The notes: a model not told the origin generated them from the letters alone. Positions 11,393 to 25,255 are shown, numbered from the stretch's first letter. The stretch: DNA of 64,000 nt from Bacillota bacterium (GCA_040766775.1 JAXGPT010000001.1:21469-85468); one strand, 5' to 3'. Program-made: numbers and translations.

Positions 11393-12436
11393 GTGGAAAG
11401 ATACATTATAGCCTTTTTGGCCGCTTTGACGGTTTCATTTATAACAACACCTTTCATAAAAAAACTGGCATTAAAAATCGGAGCCATAGACGTACCTAAA
11501 GACGACAGGCGTGTGCATGACAAGCCGATTCCCAGGCTGGGCGGCTTGGCTATTTATATAGCCTTTATAGCGGTTATTCTCGCATTGGTCCCCTACAGTC
11601 CCAAAATGTTCGGCATACTGGCGGGGGCCACAGTGATTGTTATACTCGGCGTGGTGGACGATATCAGGCCGCTTCCTTCAAAACTGAAGCTTTTGGTGCA
11701 GGTAGCCGCGGCGGTTATACTGGTTGCCAGCGGCGTCAGGGTGGAATGGGTTACAAATCCCTTCGACAACGTGGACGGCATGGCATACCTGTCCTATTTC
11801 AGTTATCCCATAACCATATTCTGGGTGGTGGGAGTTACAAATACGCTGAACCTGATTGACGGGCTGGACGGCCTGGCGGCGGGGATAGCTTCCATAGCGT
11901 CCCTTTCGCTGCTTGCGGTATCGGTAATGAACGGGCACCCGGTTGTGGTGATATACACGGCGGCGCTGGCCGGAGCGGCCATTGGGTTTTTGCCGTACAA
12001 TTTCAACCCCGCTAAAATTTTTATGGGGGATACCGGCTCCACCTTCCTTGGTTTCGTGCTGGCGGCCATATCCATAGAGGGCGCGATAAAAGGGGCTGCC
12101 ACGCTGGCCATAGCAATACCGATACTGGCGCTGGGCCTGCCCATTTTCGATACAACCTTTGCGATAATAAGGCGGGCGGTAAACGGCAAGCCCATCATGG
12201 AGGCGGACAGGGGTCACCTGCATCACAGGCTGCTGGCCCTTGGGCTGTCGCAGAGGCAGGTGGTGTTCACCCTTTACGCGGTGAGCGCATTCCTGGGGCT
12301 GGGGGCCATAGTGATTACCCAGGACAATCCCGTCAAGTCCATAGCGGTGGTGGGGTTTGTCGTTGCGACCATGGTGCTGGTCATGACCCAGATGGGGTTC
12401 CAGGAGCCCGAGCATAAAAGAAAGCTTGACCAATAA
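11393..12436 (+). CDS. tagO: glycosyltransferase family 4 (MraY/WecA/TagO-like) undecaprenyl-phosphate GlcNAc-1-P transferase
   Basis: Polytopic, DDxxxL, NLIDGLDGLA, MGDTGS motifs; start at GTG 11393 behind GAGGGGG RBS (track ORF opens at TTG 11375). Confidence 0.8.
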   Translation: MERYIIAFLAALTVSFITTPFIKKLALKIGAIDVPKDDRRVHDKPIPRLGGLAIYIAFIAVILALVPYSPKMFGILAGATVIVILGVVDDIRPLPSKLKLLVQVAAAVILVASGVRVEWVTNPFDNVDGMAYLSYFSYPITIFWVVGVTNTLNLIDGLDGLAAGIASIASLSLLAVSVMNGHPVVVIYTAALAGAAIGFLPYNFNPAKIFMGDTGSTFLGFVLAAISIEGAIKGAATLAIAIPILALGLPIFDTTFAIIRRAVNGKPIMEADRGHLHHRLLALGLSQRQVVFTLYAVSAFLGLGAIVITQDNPVKSIAVVGFVVATMVLVMTQMGFQEPEHKRKLDQ

Positions 12437-12459
12437 GCCGGGGATTAACCCGGCTTTTT
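12435..12459 (+). terminator. intrinsic terminator after tagO-like gene
   Basis: AAGCCGGG-N6-CCCGGCTT followed by TTTT. Confidence 0.7.
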
Positions 12460-12469
12460 AGCTATAGCG

Positions 12470-12735
12470 GGCGCGGGATAAGCTGAACCGCCGCAGGGTT
12501 TCGACAGCGAGGGGGCGAGAGCCTAGGCAGCGATGAGCGGTTCGTGGGCCCGGCGGCGAAGGGACGGTTTGAAAGTTTCGACAGCGAGGTGCGGTTCTAG
12601 AGCTTTAGCAACTAGGAGCGGCTCGTGGGTTCCGGCGGTGAAGAGCGGCTCGAGGGCCCCAGCGGCGAGAATCACTTTGAAGGTTTTGCAGCAAAGGGGT
12701 CATTTGCAGTTTCCGGCGGAGCCGGTTATAAGCCG
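12470..12735. repeat. GC-rich degenerate tandem repeat (period about 77 nt, 2 full units plus partial sub-repeats)
   Basis: GTTTCGACAGCGAGG at 12498 and 12575. GAGCGGYTCGWGGG...CGGCGGYGA recurs 3 times. TTTGAARGTTT(C/T)G(A)CAGC recurs. Confidence 0.7.
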
Positions 12736-12771
12736 GCGGGGGCCAGCTTTCATAGAATAAGGAGGCGGAGC

Positions 12772-13935
12772 ATGAACAGGATAAGGGTAATGACGGTTTT
12801 CGGGACAAGGCCGGAGGCGATAAAGATGGCGCCCCTTGTGAAGGCAATGAGGGGCTGCGGGCGTATTGAGACGGTTGTATGCGTTACCGCCCAGCACAGG
12901 GAGATGCTGGACCAGGTGCTGGAGCTTTTTGGCATTGTTCCGGACTATGACCTGGACATAATGCGTAAGCGGCAGACCCTTACCGACATTACGGTGAGAG
13001 CCCTTACCGGCCTTGAGAGGGTATTGGACGAAGTAAAACCGGATGCGCTGCTGGTTCACGGTGATACTACCACCACCTTTGCCGGAAGCCTGGCCGGTTT
13101 TTACCGTCAAATAAGGGTGGGGCACGTGGAGGCGGGGCTTAGAACCCTAAACCGGTACTCGCCTTTCCCGGAGGAAATAAACCGCAGGCTGACCGGCGCG
13201 CTGTCCGACATGCATTTTGCGCCCACCGCCGGGGCCAGGGAAAACCTTTTGAAGGAAAACGTACCCGAAAAGTCCATAGCGGTTACCGGGAACACCGTAA
13301 TTGACGCGCTGATGCAGGTGGTGGACAGCGATTACCGTTTTTCCAGCCGGCCCCTTAGGGACATTGACTTTGGCTCAAAGAGAGGTATTCTTTTAACATG
13401 CCACCGGCGGGAAAACATCGGGGAGCCCATGGCGGAAATTTTCAGAGCGGTGGCGGACATTGTATCCGCATACAGCGATGTTGAAGTGGTGTACCCGGTG
13501 CACAGGAATCCCGCGGTGATTGACACTGCCCGGAGCATCCTGGGCGGCAGGGAGCGGATACACCTTATAGAGCCGCTGGATTATCTCCCCTTTGCCAACC
13601 TCATGGGAAGGTGCCACCTGGTTATGACGGATTCCGGCGGCATCCAGGAAGAGGCGCCGTCGCTGGGCAAGCCGGTGCTGGTGCTGCGGGAGGTCACCGA
13701 GAGGCCGGAGGCGGTGCAAGCGGGCACCGTAAGGCTGGCCGGCGTGAAAAGAGAGAGGGTGTTTGAGGAGGCGTTGCGGCTGCTGGAGGACCAGGGCCTG
13801 TACAATAAAATGGCCCACGCGGTAAACCCCTACGGTGACGGAAAGGCATCCCAAAGAATCGTGGACGCGCTGCTTTATTTCTTCGGCATAAACGAAAACC
13901 CGCCGGAGGACTTCTGCCCGGCAGCGGGGAAATAA
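12772..13935 (+). CDS. wecB: UDP-N-acetylglucosamine 2-epimerase (non-hydrolysing)
   Basis: MNRIRVMTVFGTRPEAIKMAPLV, HVEAGLRT, DSGGIQEEAPSLGKPVLVLR; ATG 12772 behind GGAGG (track ORF opens inside the repeat at 12625). Confidence 0.92.
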   Translation: MNRIRVMTVFGTRPEAIKMAPLVKAMRGCGRIETVVCVTAQHREMLDQVLELFGIVPDYDLDIMRKRQTLTDITVRALTGLERVLDEVKPDALLVHGDTTTTFAGSLAGFYRQIRVGHVEAGLRTLNRYSPFPEEINRRLTGALSDMHFAPTAGARENLLKENVPEKSIAVTGNTVIDALMQVVDSDYRFSSRPLRDIDFGSKRGILLTCHRRENIGEPMAEIFRAVADIVSAYSDVEVVYPVHRNPAVIDTARSILGGRERIHLIEPLDYLPFANLMGRCHLVMTDSGGIQEEAPSLGKPVLVLREVTERPEAVQAGTVRLAGVKRERVFEEALRLLEDQGLYNKMAHAVNPYGDGKASQRIVDALLYFFGINENPPEDFCPAAGK

Positions 13936-14012
13936 CCCGGAAAGCATTCCTATCAAAAACCTCAAAAAAGATTACAAAATAATAAACGGTAATACAATTT
14001 TTTGATAAATGT

Positions 14013-14042
14013 TTGACAGGAATTTTAAGTATTATGTAGAAT
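14013..14042 (+). promoter_or_regulatory. candidate promoter of the V-type ATPase operon
   Basis: TTGACA (14013-14018) - 18 nt - TAGAAT (14037-14042); a second TATAAT at 14115-14120. Confidence 0.45.
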
Positions 14043-14174
14043 GTATACATGTATTAATGGGGGCCTTCGTCCCTTATTTCATGCATGTAATTTTTATTAT
14101 GTAAAATTTTATAGTATAATAAAGGTACATTGGAGAATCGTTCCCATGTATCGCAGAGAGGTGGTGAGTATCCG

Positions 14175-14487
14175 TTGGCATACCAGGCAATAGAAAACAT
14201 CAAGGACGCTGAAAGGGAAGCGGCTTTGATGGTTGCAGAGGCCAGGAAGAAGGCCGCCCAGATGATGAAGGATGGCAGGGAAAAGGCCGATGCCATCATT
14301 GAAAAGGCCCAGAAGAAGGCCGAGGATAAAAGCCGCCATATGGTGGATGAGGCCAGGAAGTCCTGCGAGGAGGAGGTAGATAAGCTTAAGGAAAGGTACA
14401 GGGAGGAAGGCAGTTTCCTTGAGCAGTCGGCCGCTAGGAATATGGACCGGGCTGTTGATTTTATTGTGGAGAGGATAGTGACACAGT

Positions 14488-14501
<14 letters not shown>
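14175..14501 (+). CDS. V/A-type ATPase small coiled-coil peripheral-stalk subunit (G/H-like)
   Basis: Charged helical protein (IENIKDAEREAALMVAEARKKAAQMMKDGREKADAIIEKAQKKAE) heading the operon; start TTG 14175 behind GAGAGGTGGTG, alternative TTG 14130. Confidence 0.7.
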
Positions 14502-16920
<2,419 letters not shown>

Positions 16921-16933
16921 GGGAGTGTCCTAA

Positions 16934-17520
16934 ATGGAGGGAATGGAGAGGATTAGAGAAAGCATATTGGCGGAAGCAAGGACACAGGCGGAAGCTATTA
17001 TAAAGGAAGCCGAAGACAAGGTTAAGGAAATGGAGAGTCAGGCCGAAAAAAGGGCGGAGGAATTAACCAAGAACCGCTTTGAAAGGGCGGAAGTAGAAGC
17101 CCAGGAGGCCCAAAAAGCGATGCCGTCCATGGCGGAGCTGGAGCTTAAAAAACAAAGCCTGGAAGCAAAACAATCCATTATAGACCAGGCCTTCGACAAA
17201 GCCCTTGTAAAGCTTAACAACCTCCCGAGTGAGAAAAAATACGCCATGATAGTTTCTGTTCTGGCAGCGTTGGTATAAAAGGCGGGGAGGAACTGATTGT
17301 TCCGCTTAAGGACAGGGAGAAATTCCAAAAGGGCCTTTTGAAGAGAATAAACGACAAACTTGGTTTTGAACTGAAGCTGTCGGATGAAGACCGCGGCATA
17401 CAGGGCGGTTTTATAGTGAAAGTTGATGGAGTGGAAATAAACAACTCCTTTGAAACATTACTCAGGATGGAGAGGGAGAAAGTAGAGAGCGAAATTGCGG
17501 ATATCCTTTTCCAACAGTAA
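16934..17520 (+). pseudogene. ntpE: V/A-type ATPase subunit E; one frameshift near 17275 as assembled
   Basis: Coiled-coil N-half (16934-17278) plus C-half ...GGFIVKVDGVEINNSFETLL... (17338-17520) in another frame. Confidence 0.8.
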
Positions 17521-17532
17521 GGAGGGACCCCA

Positions 17533-18541
17533 ATGAGGGATAAGATGTACCTATACGCAGTCGCCAGGGTAAAGGCCCTGGAAAACAACCTCCTTTCCAG
17601 AAGTACGGTGGACAGGATGCTGGAAGCCCCGGCTCCGGAAGAAGCCCTCAAAATCCTCGGGGAAACCGATTACGGCAACTATTTCGGAGAGGTGGATAAC
17701 GTATACGACTTTGAAAAGGCCCTTGACCAAGGTTTAAGGGCGGCATACAAGGTAATAGACGATTCCACTGGGGGACCGAGGTTTACACTCCTTTCCAGGC
17801 TGAAATACGATTTCCACAACCTCAAGGTGCTCATGAAGGAAAAGTATCTCGGCGAAGACTACAGGTCCATCCTCTCCCATACCGGGTCAATAGGCGTGGA
17901 GACGCTGCGCAAGGCGGTGGACGCACAAGAACATGACGGGGTTTAACCTGCATATCAGGGATGCCTATGAAAAGGCCGACACCGACTTCGAGCTGAACGG
18001 CGACCCAAGGAGAATAGACTTGATACTGGACCGCGGACTTTATGATTACATCTACGAACTGGCGGTCGAAATAGGGGATGAAGACCTTATTGACCTTGTG
18101 AAAACCGAGATTGACCTTTTGAATATCAACACGCTGCTTCGGGTAAGGAAGATGGGCGAAAGCGTAAGGCTGCTGGAGATGGCGCTCATAGACGGCGGAA
18201 AGCCTTGGACCGGTCGGTATTTTTAGGCGCCATGCGGAGAGCCGGCAGGCAGCTTTGCGGATAGGCTGTCGCCCACCAGGTATGACAGTGGGTGGCGGTT
18301 GAAGGCATAGGGGCATGGATAGACACCGGCAGCTCCACCGTGTTAGAAAAAATGTCGGATGATTTACTCCTTAATATGGCTAAAAAAGGCAAGTACGCAG
18401 CCTTCGGTGTTCTGCCCATAATCGGGTACCTAAGGGCTGCTGGAGAACGAGGTCCGGGTGGTCAGGATGATTATGGTGGGAAAGATAAACAGGATACCGG
18501 CGGACACTCTGCGGGAAAGGTTGCGTGATCTATATGTATAG
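17533..18541 (+). pseudogene. ntpC: V/A-type ATPase subunit C (d-type); at least 2 frameshifts as assembled
   Basis: Three consecutive ORF pieces (17533-17946, 17933-18226, 18292-18528) with subunit-C-like repeats; reconstructed end ...RERLRDLYV* at 18541. Confidence 0.75.
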
Positions 18542-18868
18542 GGTAGGAGTTATTGGAGACAGGGATACGGTGCTTGCTTTCAAAGCCCTCGGCGTGGATA
18601 TCGCGCTCCCGGTTGTAAGCCCCGAGGAAGCAAAAAAAGCCCTAGCGGCGATGGCGAGGAAAAGTACGCGGTTATATTTGTAACCGAGCAGGTATCCGTC
18701 CAGATTGATGATATGATAGGCGAATACGAAAACGAAGTCCTTCCTGCCATAATACCGATACCCAACAACCAGGGTTCTCTTGGTGTAGGGCTGAAGAGGA
18801 TAAGAGAATCCGTTGAAAGGGCCATAGGAGTGGATATATTCTTCGAAAGAGAGGGAGAAGAGAATTGA
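18534..18868 (+). pseudogene. V/A-type ATPase subunit F; one frameshift near 18658 as assembled
   Basis: MYRVGVIGDRDTVLAFKALGVDI... continues as ...YAVIFVTEQVSVQIDD...LPAIIPIPN... if one G is added in the run at about 18658. Confidence 0.75.
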
Positions 18869-20643
18869 AACAAGGTAGAATAACCAAAGTTTCCGGTCCC
18901 CTGGTAATGGCTGAAGGCCTCGAAGACGCCAAGATGTTTGACGTTGTGGTGCTGGTAGGCAGCGGCCTCCCGATAGGGGAAATAATAGAGCTGAGAAGCG
19001 GTGTGGCCTCGATACAGGTTTACGAGGAGACCGCGGGCCTAAGCCCGGGAGACCCGGTAGAGGGCACCGGAGCCCCGCTAAGCGTTGAACTGGCTCCCGG
19101 TATGATGGAAGGTATCTTTGACGGTATACAGCGGCCGCTGGACCTTATAAAGGAAAAGGTTGGGGCGTATATCACCAGGGGCGTTGAAGTCCCGGCCCTG
19201 GACCATGAAAAGAAATGGGACTTCGTACCCACCGCAAAGGTCGGGGACGAGGTAACCGGCGGGGACATACTGGGGGTTGTCCAGGAAACCATACTGGTGG
19301 AGCACCGGGTAATGGTCCCCCACGGCATAAAGGGTAAAATCAAGAAAATAAACTCGGGCCCGGCCACCATTGTGGATACAATTGCCGAGATTGAAACGGA
19401 AGACGGGGTCAAAGAGGTGCAGATGCTGCAGAAGTGGCCGGTAAGAAAGATAAGGCCCTATAAGGAAAAACTGCCTCCCGTTCAGGCAATGACCACCGGC
19501 CAGAGGGTTATAGACATGTTCTTCCCGGTGGCAAAGGGCGGGGTTGCATGCATCCCGGGACCCTTTGGCAGCGGCAAGACGGTGGTTCAGCACCAGCTGG
19601 CCAAGTGGGCGGAAGCGGACATTGTTGTGTACATTGGCTGCGGCGAGCGCGGGAACGAAATGACCGACGTGTTGATGGAGTTCCCGGAGCTAGTGGACCC
19701 GAAGTCGGGGGAGCCGCTCATGAAGCGTACCGTGCTTATAGCCAACACCTCCAACATGCCGGTTGCGGCCAGGGAGGCATCGATATACACCGGCATAACC
19801 ATTGCCGAGTACTTCAGGGACATGGGCTACAGCGTCGCCCTGATGGCGGACTCCACGTCAAGGTGGGCGGAGGCCCTGAGGGAAATGTCCGGCCGTCTTG
19901 AGGAGATGCCCGGCGAGGAAGGTTACCCGGCTTACCTGGCATCCCGTATCGCCGAGTTCTACGAGCGGGCGGGAAGGGTTGTATGCGCCGGGAGCCAGCA
20001 CCGTGAAGGCTCGGTAACCGCCGTAGGAGCGGTATCACCCCCCGGCGGCGACCTGTCCGAGCCGGTTACCCAGGGTACGCTGAGGGTTGTCAAGGTGTTC
20101 TGGGCGCTGGACGCATCCCTTGCGTACAGCCGTCACTTCCCGGCGATAAACTGGCTTACCAGCTACTCGCTTTACCTGGATACGCTGGAGAACTGGCTGA
20201 AGGAAAACGTAAACCCCGAATGGGGCGAACTGCGTGCCGAAGCAATGAGGCTGTTGCAGCTTGAGTCGGAGCTGCAGGAAATAGTGCGGCTGGTGGGTAT
20301 AGACGCGCTGTCGGTCAAGGACAGGCTGGTACTGGAGGTAGCCAAGTCCATCAGGGAAGACTTCCTGCACCAGAACGCGTTCCACGAGGTGGACACCTAC
20401 GCGTCGCTCAAAAAACAGTTCGAGATGCTAAAGACAATCCTGGTGTTCTACCACGAGGCGGAAAAGGCCATGGAGGCGGGTGCTTCCTTCAAGGACGTGG
20501 AGACCCACCCGGTGAGGGAGAGGATATCCAGGATGAAATACTACAAGGAAGAAGAGATGGACAAGATAGAGGCTGTCAAGGACGAGGTAAAGAAGGCACT
20601 GGAAAGCCTGGTTTCGGAAGAAGGGGGTGGGCTGAGTGCTTAA
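18865..20643 (+). CDS. ntpA: V/A-type ATPase catalytic subunit A
   Basis: 592 aa, Walker [10 protein letters not shown], non-homologous insert typical of A subunits. Confidence 0.95.
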   Translation: MKQGRITKVSGPLVMAEGLEDAKMFDVVVLVGSGLPIGEIIELRSGVASIQVYEETAGLSPGDPVEGTGAPLSVELAPGMMEGIFDGIQRPLDLIKEKVGAYITRGVEVPALDHEKKWDFVPTAKVGDEVTGGDILGVVQETILVEHRVMVPHGIKGKIKKINSGPATIVDTIAEIETEDGVKEVQMLQKWPVRKIRPYKEKLPPVQAMTTGQRVIDMFFPVAKGGVACIPGPFGSGKTVVQHQLAKWAEADIVVYIGCGERGNEMTDVLMEFPELVDPKSGEPLMKRTVLIANTSNMPVAAREASIYTGITIAEYFRDMGYSVALMADSTSRWAEALREMSGRLEEMPGEEGYPAYLASRIAEFYERAGRVVCAGSQHREGSVTAVGAVSPPGGDLSEPVTQGTLRVVKVFWALDASLAYSRHFPAINWLTSYSLYLDTLENWLKENVNPEWGELRAEAMRLLQLESELQEIVRLVGIDALSVKDRLVLEVAKSIREDFLHQNAFHEVDTYASLKKQFEMLKTILVFYHEAEKAMEAGASFKDVETHPVRERISRMKYYKEEEMDKIEAVKDEVKKALESLVSEEGGGLSA

Positions 20644-22018
20644 GGAATACAGAACCGTTAGGGAAGTTGCGGGTCCGCTTATGCTGGTTGACGGGGTAGA
20701 CGGAGCCCGTTACGACGAACTGGTGGAGATAGAACTTAAGGGCGGCGAGCTCCGAAGGGGCAAGGTGCTGGAGGTAAACGGCGACAAGGCCCTTATACAG
20801 CTGTTCGAGGGTTCCTCCGGTATTAACGCCAACGAGTGCAAGGTAAGGTTCCTGGGCAAGGGAATAGAGCTGCCGGTATCACTGGATATACTGGGCCGTG
20901 TATTCGACGGCTTCGGAAGGCCGAGGGACAACGGGCCGAGAATAATACCCGAAAAAAGGCTTGACATAAACGGCGCACCGATAAACCCCACCGCCAGGGA
21001 CTATCCCTCGGAATTCATACAGACCGGTGTATCGGCAATAGACGGGCTTAATACGCTGGTTAGGGGACAGAAGCTGCCCATATTCTCCGGGTCGGGTCTT
21101 CCCCACTCGCAGCTTGCGGCGCAGATAGCCCGTCAGGCGAGGGTGCTGGGCACCGAGAGCAAATTCGCCGTTGTGTTCGCGGCCATAGGTATTACCTTTG
21201 AGGAGGCCAACTACTTTATAGAGGACTTCACCAGGACAGGGGCCATAGACCGTTCGGTACTGTTCATAAACCTGGCCAACGACCCGGCCATAGAGCGTAT
21301 CGCAACGCCCAGGATGGCGCTTACCGCGGCGGAATACCTGGCCTATGAGAAAAACATGCACGTCCTGGTAATACTGACCGATATAACCAACTACTGCGAA
21401 GCCCTAAGGGAGATTTCGGCGGCCCGTAAGGAGATACCCGGCAGAAGGGGTTATCCCGGTTACATGTATACCGACCTCTCCACCATTTACGAGAGGGCCG
21501 GAAGGCTTATAGGCGCGGAAGGCTCGGTCACCCAGATACCGATACTGACCATGCCGGAGGACGACAAGACCCACCCGATACCCGACCTTACCGGTTATAT
21601 TACCGAGGGGCAGGTAATCCTAAGCAGGGAACTGTACCGCAAGGGCGTTATGCCGCCCATAGACGTTCTGCCGTCGCTGTCCCGACTTAAGGACAAGGGT
21701 ATTGGTAAGGGCAAGACCAGGGAAGACCACGCCGATACCATGAACCAGCTGTTTGCAGCCTACGCGAGGGGTAAGGAAGCCAAGGAGCTTGCGGTAATCC
21801 TCGGCGAGGCGGCCCTCAGCGATACCGACAAGCTGTTTGCGAAATTTGCCGATGAGTTCGAGAAGAGGTACGTTTCCCAGGGTGAATACGAAAACCGCTC
21901 CATAGAGGAAACGCTGCAGATAGGCTGGGACCTTTTGGCCATACTGCCCAGGGCGGAGCTTAAGCGAATCAGGGACGAGTACCTTGACAAATACCTGCCC
22001 GAGAAAAAGGAGTTGTAG
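20636..22018 (+). CDS. ntpB: V/A-type ATPase subunit B
   Basis: 460 aa, full-length B-subunit blocks (…SGSGLPH…, [14 protein letters not shown]). Confidence 0.95.
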   Translation: MLKEYRTVREVAGPLMLVDGVDGARYDELVEIELKGGELRRGKVLEVNGDKALIQLFEGSSGINANECKVRFLGKGIELPVSLDILGRVFDGFGRPRDNGPRIIPEKRLDINGAPINPTARDYPSEFIQTGVSAIDGLNTLVRGQKLPIFSGSGLPHSQLAAQIARQARVLGTESKFAVVFAAIGITFEEANYFIEDFTRTGAIDRSVLFINLANDPAIERIATPRMALTAAEYLAYEKNMHVLVILTDITNYCEALREISAARKEIPGRRGYPGYMYTDLSTIYERAGRLIGAEGSVTQIPILTMPEDDKTHPIPDLTGYITEGQVILSRELYRKGVMPPIDVLPSLSRLKDKGIGKGKTREDHADTMNQLFAAYARGKEAKELAVILGEAALSDTDKLFAKFADEFEKRYVSQGEYENRSIEETLQIGWDLLAILPRAELKRIRDEYLDKYLPEKKEL

Positions 22019-22021
22019 GCC

Positions 22022-22666
22022 GTGGAAATACGAGTCAATCCAACCCGGATGGAGCTTTCAAAGCTCAAGAAAAGAATTGTGGTTGCGAGGAGAGGCCATA
22101 AGCTCTTGAAGGACAAACAGGACGAGCTTGTCAAGAAATTCATCGATATGGTGAAGGAGAACAAGAGCCTCCGGGAGGAAGTGGAGAAGGAGCTTCAAGA
22201 CGCCTTTGGACACTTTGTAATGGCCAGGACCCTTATGTCAGACCAGGTACTGGAGGAGAGCCTCATGTACCCGGTGGGCAAGGTGGATATCAAGGTGGCC
22301 CAGAGGAACGTGATGAGCGTGCGCATTCCGGATATAAATATAGTCTCCGGCGGCGATGAGAAGGACGACAATGGGAAAAGCCCCTTTGCCTACGGTTTCG
22401 CCGGCACCTCCGCAGAGCTGGACCGTTCCATTTCGATTTTGGCGGGGATACTTCCAAAGCTTCTCAAGCTGGCGGAGCTGGAGAAGGGCTGTCGGCTTAT
22501 GGCCATTGAGATAGAAAAGACCCGGCGCAGGGTGAACGCGCTGGAGTATGTAATGATACCATCAATGGCGGAGAAGATAAAATACATCACGATGAAGCTG
22601 GACGAGAACGAGAGGGGCAACGTTACCCGGCTGATGAAGGTCAAAGACATGATGATGGAAAAATAA
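22022..22666 (+). CDS. ntpD: V/A-type ATPase central-stalk subunit D
   Basis: MEIRVNPTRMELSKLKKRIVVARRGHKLLKDKQDEL... typical D subunit. Confidence 0.92.
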   Translation: MEIRVNPTRMELSKLKKRIVVARRGHKLLKDKQDELVKKFIDMVKENKSLREEVEKELQDAFGHFVMARTLMSDQVLEESLMYPVGKVDIKVAQRNVMSVRIPDINIVSGGDEKDDNGKSPFAYGFAGTSAELDRSISILAGILPKLLKLAELEKGCRLMAIEIEKTRRRVNALEYVMIPSMAEKIKYITMKLDENERGNVTRLMKVKDMMMEK

Positions 22667-22675
22667 TAAAGCATA

Positions 22676-22733
22676 GACAGGGGGACGGTTCTCGTGTCTG
22701 CGTAGGGATAGACAAGGGAACCGTCCCCTTGTC
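22676..22733 (+). terminator. hairpin/terminator after ntpD built from a GACAGGGGGACGGTTC inverted repeat
   Basis: 16-bp arms 22676-22691 / 22718-22733 (1 mismatch); left arm plus 7 nt is near-identical to 42231-42253 (reverse). Confidence 0.6.
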
Positions 22734-22765
22734 TTTGTCTGTCCCTGTCTATGCGGGGTGAGAGT

Positions 22766-22987
22766 ATGAAGAGAAAGGATATAACGCCCCTTAAGTATGT
22801 GGGCCTAATACTGCGGCTGGGGCTTTCCATGGCGCTGCCGGTTGTTTTTGGGGTGCTTGCGGGAAGATACCTGGACCGGCGGCTGGGCACCGGAGGAGTA
22901 CTGCTGGTTATTTCAATAGCCATTGGCATTTTAACATCCTTCAGAAACCTGTACCATCAAGCAAATAAAATTACCGGCAAAAAATAG
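22766..22987 (+). CDS. AtpZ/AtpI-like small membrane protein (family normally heading F-type atp operons)
   Basis: 2-TM, ...LGLSMALPVVFGVLAGRYLDRRLGTGGVLLVISIAIGIL... pattern of ATPase_gene1/AtpZ proteins. Confidence 0.65.
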   Translation: MKRKDITPLKYVGLILRLGLSMALPVVFGVLAGRYLDRRLGTGGVLLVISIAIGILTSFRNLYHQANKITGKK

Positions 22988-22998
22988 CCGGTTTTTTT
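22973..22998 (+). terminator. intrinsic terminator after atpZ-like gene
   Basis: ACCGGC-N8-GCCGGT followed by T7. Confidence 0.6.
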
Positions 22999-23193
22999 AT
23001 TTTGCATAAAATGATTGTGGGAAACTCATGCCCGAACAGGCAAGTTTTACAATAGCAAATGTGGTATATGGAAGAAATCTATTATGAAATACTAGTATAA
23101 ACGGGGACCTAAAAGAGCGGCGTGCGGCGGGCGGTATATTTTACCGGGTTTGGGCAATAATCGAAAAGGCTTAAATCCCGGGAGGTGGATGCT

Positions 23194-23973
23194 TTGAAAA
23201 GAAAAGTAATTTTTGCTGCGGCGTTATCGGTTTTTTTATGTGCTGTATTCGTGGTTTCCAACGCGGTCAGCGTGTTCCGGACCCAGGCGGGGGGTGGGGA
23301 CATGCTTGTCAAGGCCTTTGGCTGTTCCGGGGCCGCCATAGTGGAGACGAATATCAATGCATATGCTTCGGCGACGGATGTTTTCCTGGACAAGGACGAG
23401 GTTGTCGAAATGGTTAAATCCCTTGCCGAAGGGCTGGACCTTGACTATGAACAAGCCGAAAGGGTGGAAAATTTCAGCGAAGATTACAACCAGCTTTCGG
23501 TCATCGGGAAAAATGAAAAAGGGTACAGCGTTGTCATAATCGTGCATTCGATGGACTTTACAGGCATTGAAGACGGGCCGGGAGGCTTTGAGAGCAACAT
23601 AGTGGTTGATGTCGCCCTGGGCAGCGACCTGGAAGAACTGCCGCATATCGAAAGAAAAGTGAAAGACCTGGTGGAGGGGTATATGGAAGGGGCCCGCACC
23701 AACTGCTGCATAGTGGGCAGTTACGCCGAAAGAGTTCCCCGGGACAGCATCGAGGCAATCATAGGTTCCATTTTACAGTCGGCCGGCGCATCGGAGGTGG
23801 AAAGGGCCGTATATGACGATTTTGTCAGCGTATCCGCCTATACGCCCGATATTGGCCGCCACGTTGAAATGGGGGAAAACAGGGTAAACCTGAATGTTGC
23901 GATGAGGTACAATTCCTTTGAAGGCAAGACCTACATATGGCTTGGTTCTCCGGTCATATCCCTGGAATACTAA
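23194..23973 (+). CDS. YwmB family (DUF1779, 'TATA-box-binding-like') protein
   Basis: Signal/TM N-terminus, family resemblance and conserved position directly upstream of murA; TTG 23194 behind GGAGGTG (track start GTG 23185). Confidence 0.7.
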   Translation: MKRKVIFAAALSVFLCAVFVVSNAVSVFRTQAGGGDMLVKAFGCSGAAIVETNINAYASATDVFLDKDEVVEMVKSLAEGLDLDYEQAERVENFSEDYNQLSVIGKNEKGYSVVIIVHSMDFTGIEDGPGGFESNIVVDVALGSDLEELPHIERKVKDLVEGYMEGARTNCCIVGSYAERVPRDSIEAIIGSILQSAGASEVERAVYDDFVSVSAYTPDIGRHVEMGENRVNLNVAMRYNSFEGKTYIWLGSPVISLEY

Positions 23974-24001
23974 GCGGTTTAACAGAACGGGAGGATGCAA
24001 A

Positions 24002-25255
24002 TTGCCAAAATTAGTAGTAGAGACCGGTCCCCCGCTGAAGGGGACTGTTAGGATAAGCGGCGCAAAAAACGCAGTACTGCCAATCATAGCTGCAAGCCTT
24101 TTATCAAGCGACAGGTGTATACTGGATGAAACCCCGATGCTGGACGACGTGGAGATAATGTGCGAAGTCCTGGTATCGCTTGGAGCGGATATTAAAAGGG
24201 TCTCGGGCGGCAGGATTGAGATAAATTCAAAGGGAATAGACAACCATGAAGCGCCCTACGAACTGGTACGGCGGATGAGGGCGTCCTTCCTTGTGATGGG
24301 TCCAATGCTGGCCCGGCTGGGGAAGGCAAGGATATCCCTGCCGGGGGGGTGCGCCATCGGAACAAGGCCCATAGACCTGCATCTTAAAGGCTTCAGGGCC
24401 ATGGGGGCGGAAATAACCCTCGGCTATGGTTACGTGGAGGCCAAGGCGGACCGGCTTAAGGGGGAAAGGATTTACCTGGACTTTCCCAGCGTAGGGGCCA
24501 CCGAAAACATTATGATGGCCGCCGCCCTGGCGGAGGGCAGGACGGTGATAGAGAACGCCGCCGAAGAGCCGGAGATAGTGGACCTGGCCAATTTTATCAA
24601 CAAAATGGGCGGCGAAATAAAGGGAGCCGGCACCGACACCATAAGGATAGACGGGGTAAAGGAGCTGGGCGGTGCGGTTCACACGGTGATTCCCGACAGG
24701 ATCGAGGCGGGGACCTTCATGGTTGCCGGGGCCATTACCGGGGGAGACATCATAGTGGATAATATAGTTTTATGCCATCTCATGCCCATTATAGCAAAGC
24801 TTAGGGAGGCCGGCGTGACGGTGGATGAGCTGGGCAACAGCGTGAGGGTGCGAAGCGATGGGAGGGTGGATGCGGTGGATATAAAAACGCTGCCCTACCC
24901 GGGGTTCCCGACCGATATGCAGGCGCAGATGATGGCCCTTATGAGCGTTGCCAGGGGCACCAGTATAATAATTGAAACGGTCTTTGACAACAGGTACATG
25001 CACGTAAACGAGCTGCGCAGGATGGGCGCTTGCATCAAAATAGACGGCAGGAGCGCAGTGGTACAGGGGGTGCCGGAGCTTACCGGGGCGAGGGTTAAGG
25101 CCACCGACCTGAGGGCGGGGGCTGCCTTGGTGCTGGCGGGCCTGGCTGCCCGGGGGCAGACCGAGATATACGACATCCACCACCTTGACCGGGGCTACCA
25201 TAACCTGGACAAAAAGATGCGGGACCTGGGCGCCCGTATAAAAAGGGTTGATTAA
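24002..25255 (+). CDS. murA: UDP-N-acetylglucosamine 1-carboxyvinyltransferase
   Basis: [21 protein letters not shown], active-site Cys loop [16 protein letters not shown]; TTG 24002 behind GGGAGGA (track ORF opens at 23918 inside ywmB). Confidence 0.93.
   Translation: MPKLVVETGPPLKGTVRISGAKNAVLPIIAASLLSSDRCILDETPMLDDVEIMCEVLVSLGADIKRVSGGRIEINSKGIDNHEAPYELVRRMRASFLVMGPMLARLGKARISLPGGCAIGTRPIDLHLKGFRAMGAEITLGYGYVEAKADRLKGERIYLDFPSVGATENIMMAAALAEGRTVIENAAEEPEIVDLANFINKMGGEIKGAGTDTIRIDGVKELGGAVHTVIPDRIEAGTFMVAGAITGGDIIVDNIVLCHLMPIIAKLREAGVTVDELGNSVRVRSDGRVDAVDIKTLPYPGFPTDMQAQMMALMSVARGTSIIIETVFDNRYMHVNELRRMGACIKIDGRSAVVQGVPELTGARVKATDLRAGAALVLAGLAARGQTEIYDIHHLDRGYHNLDKKMRDLGARIKRVD

Noticed and set aside
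12533-12760. 75-aa ORF inside the tagO-wecB spacer
   Set aside because: Its periodic SGSW/SGSR sequence just reflects the DNA tandem repeat. It has no RBS and runs into the wecB RBS.
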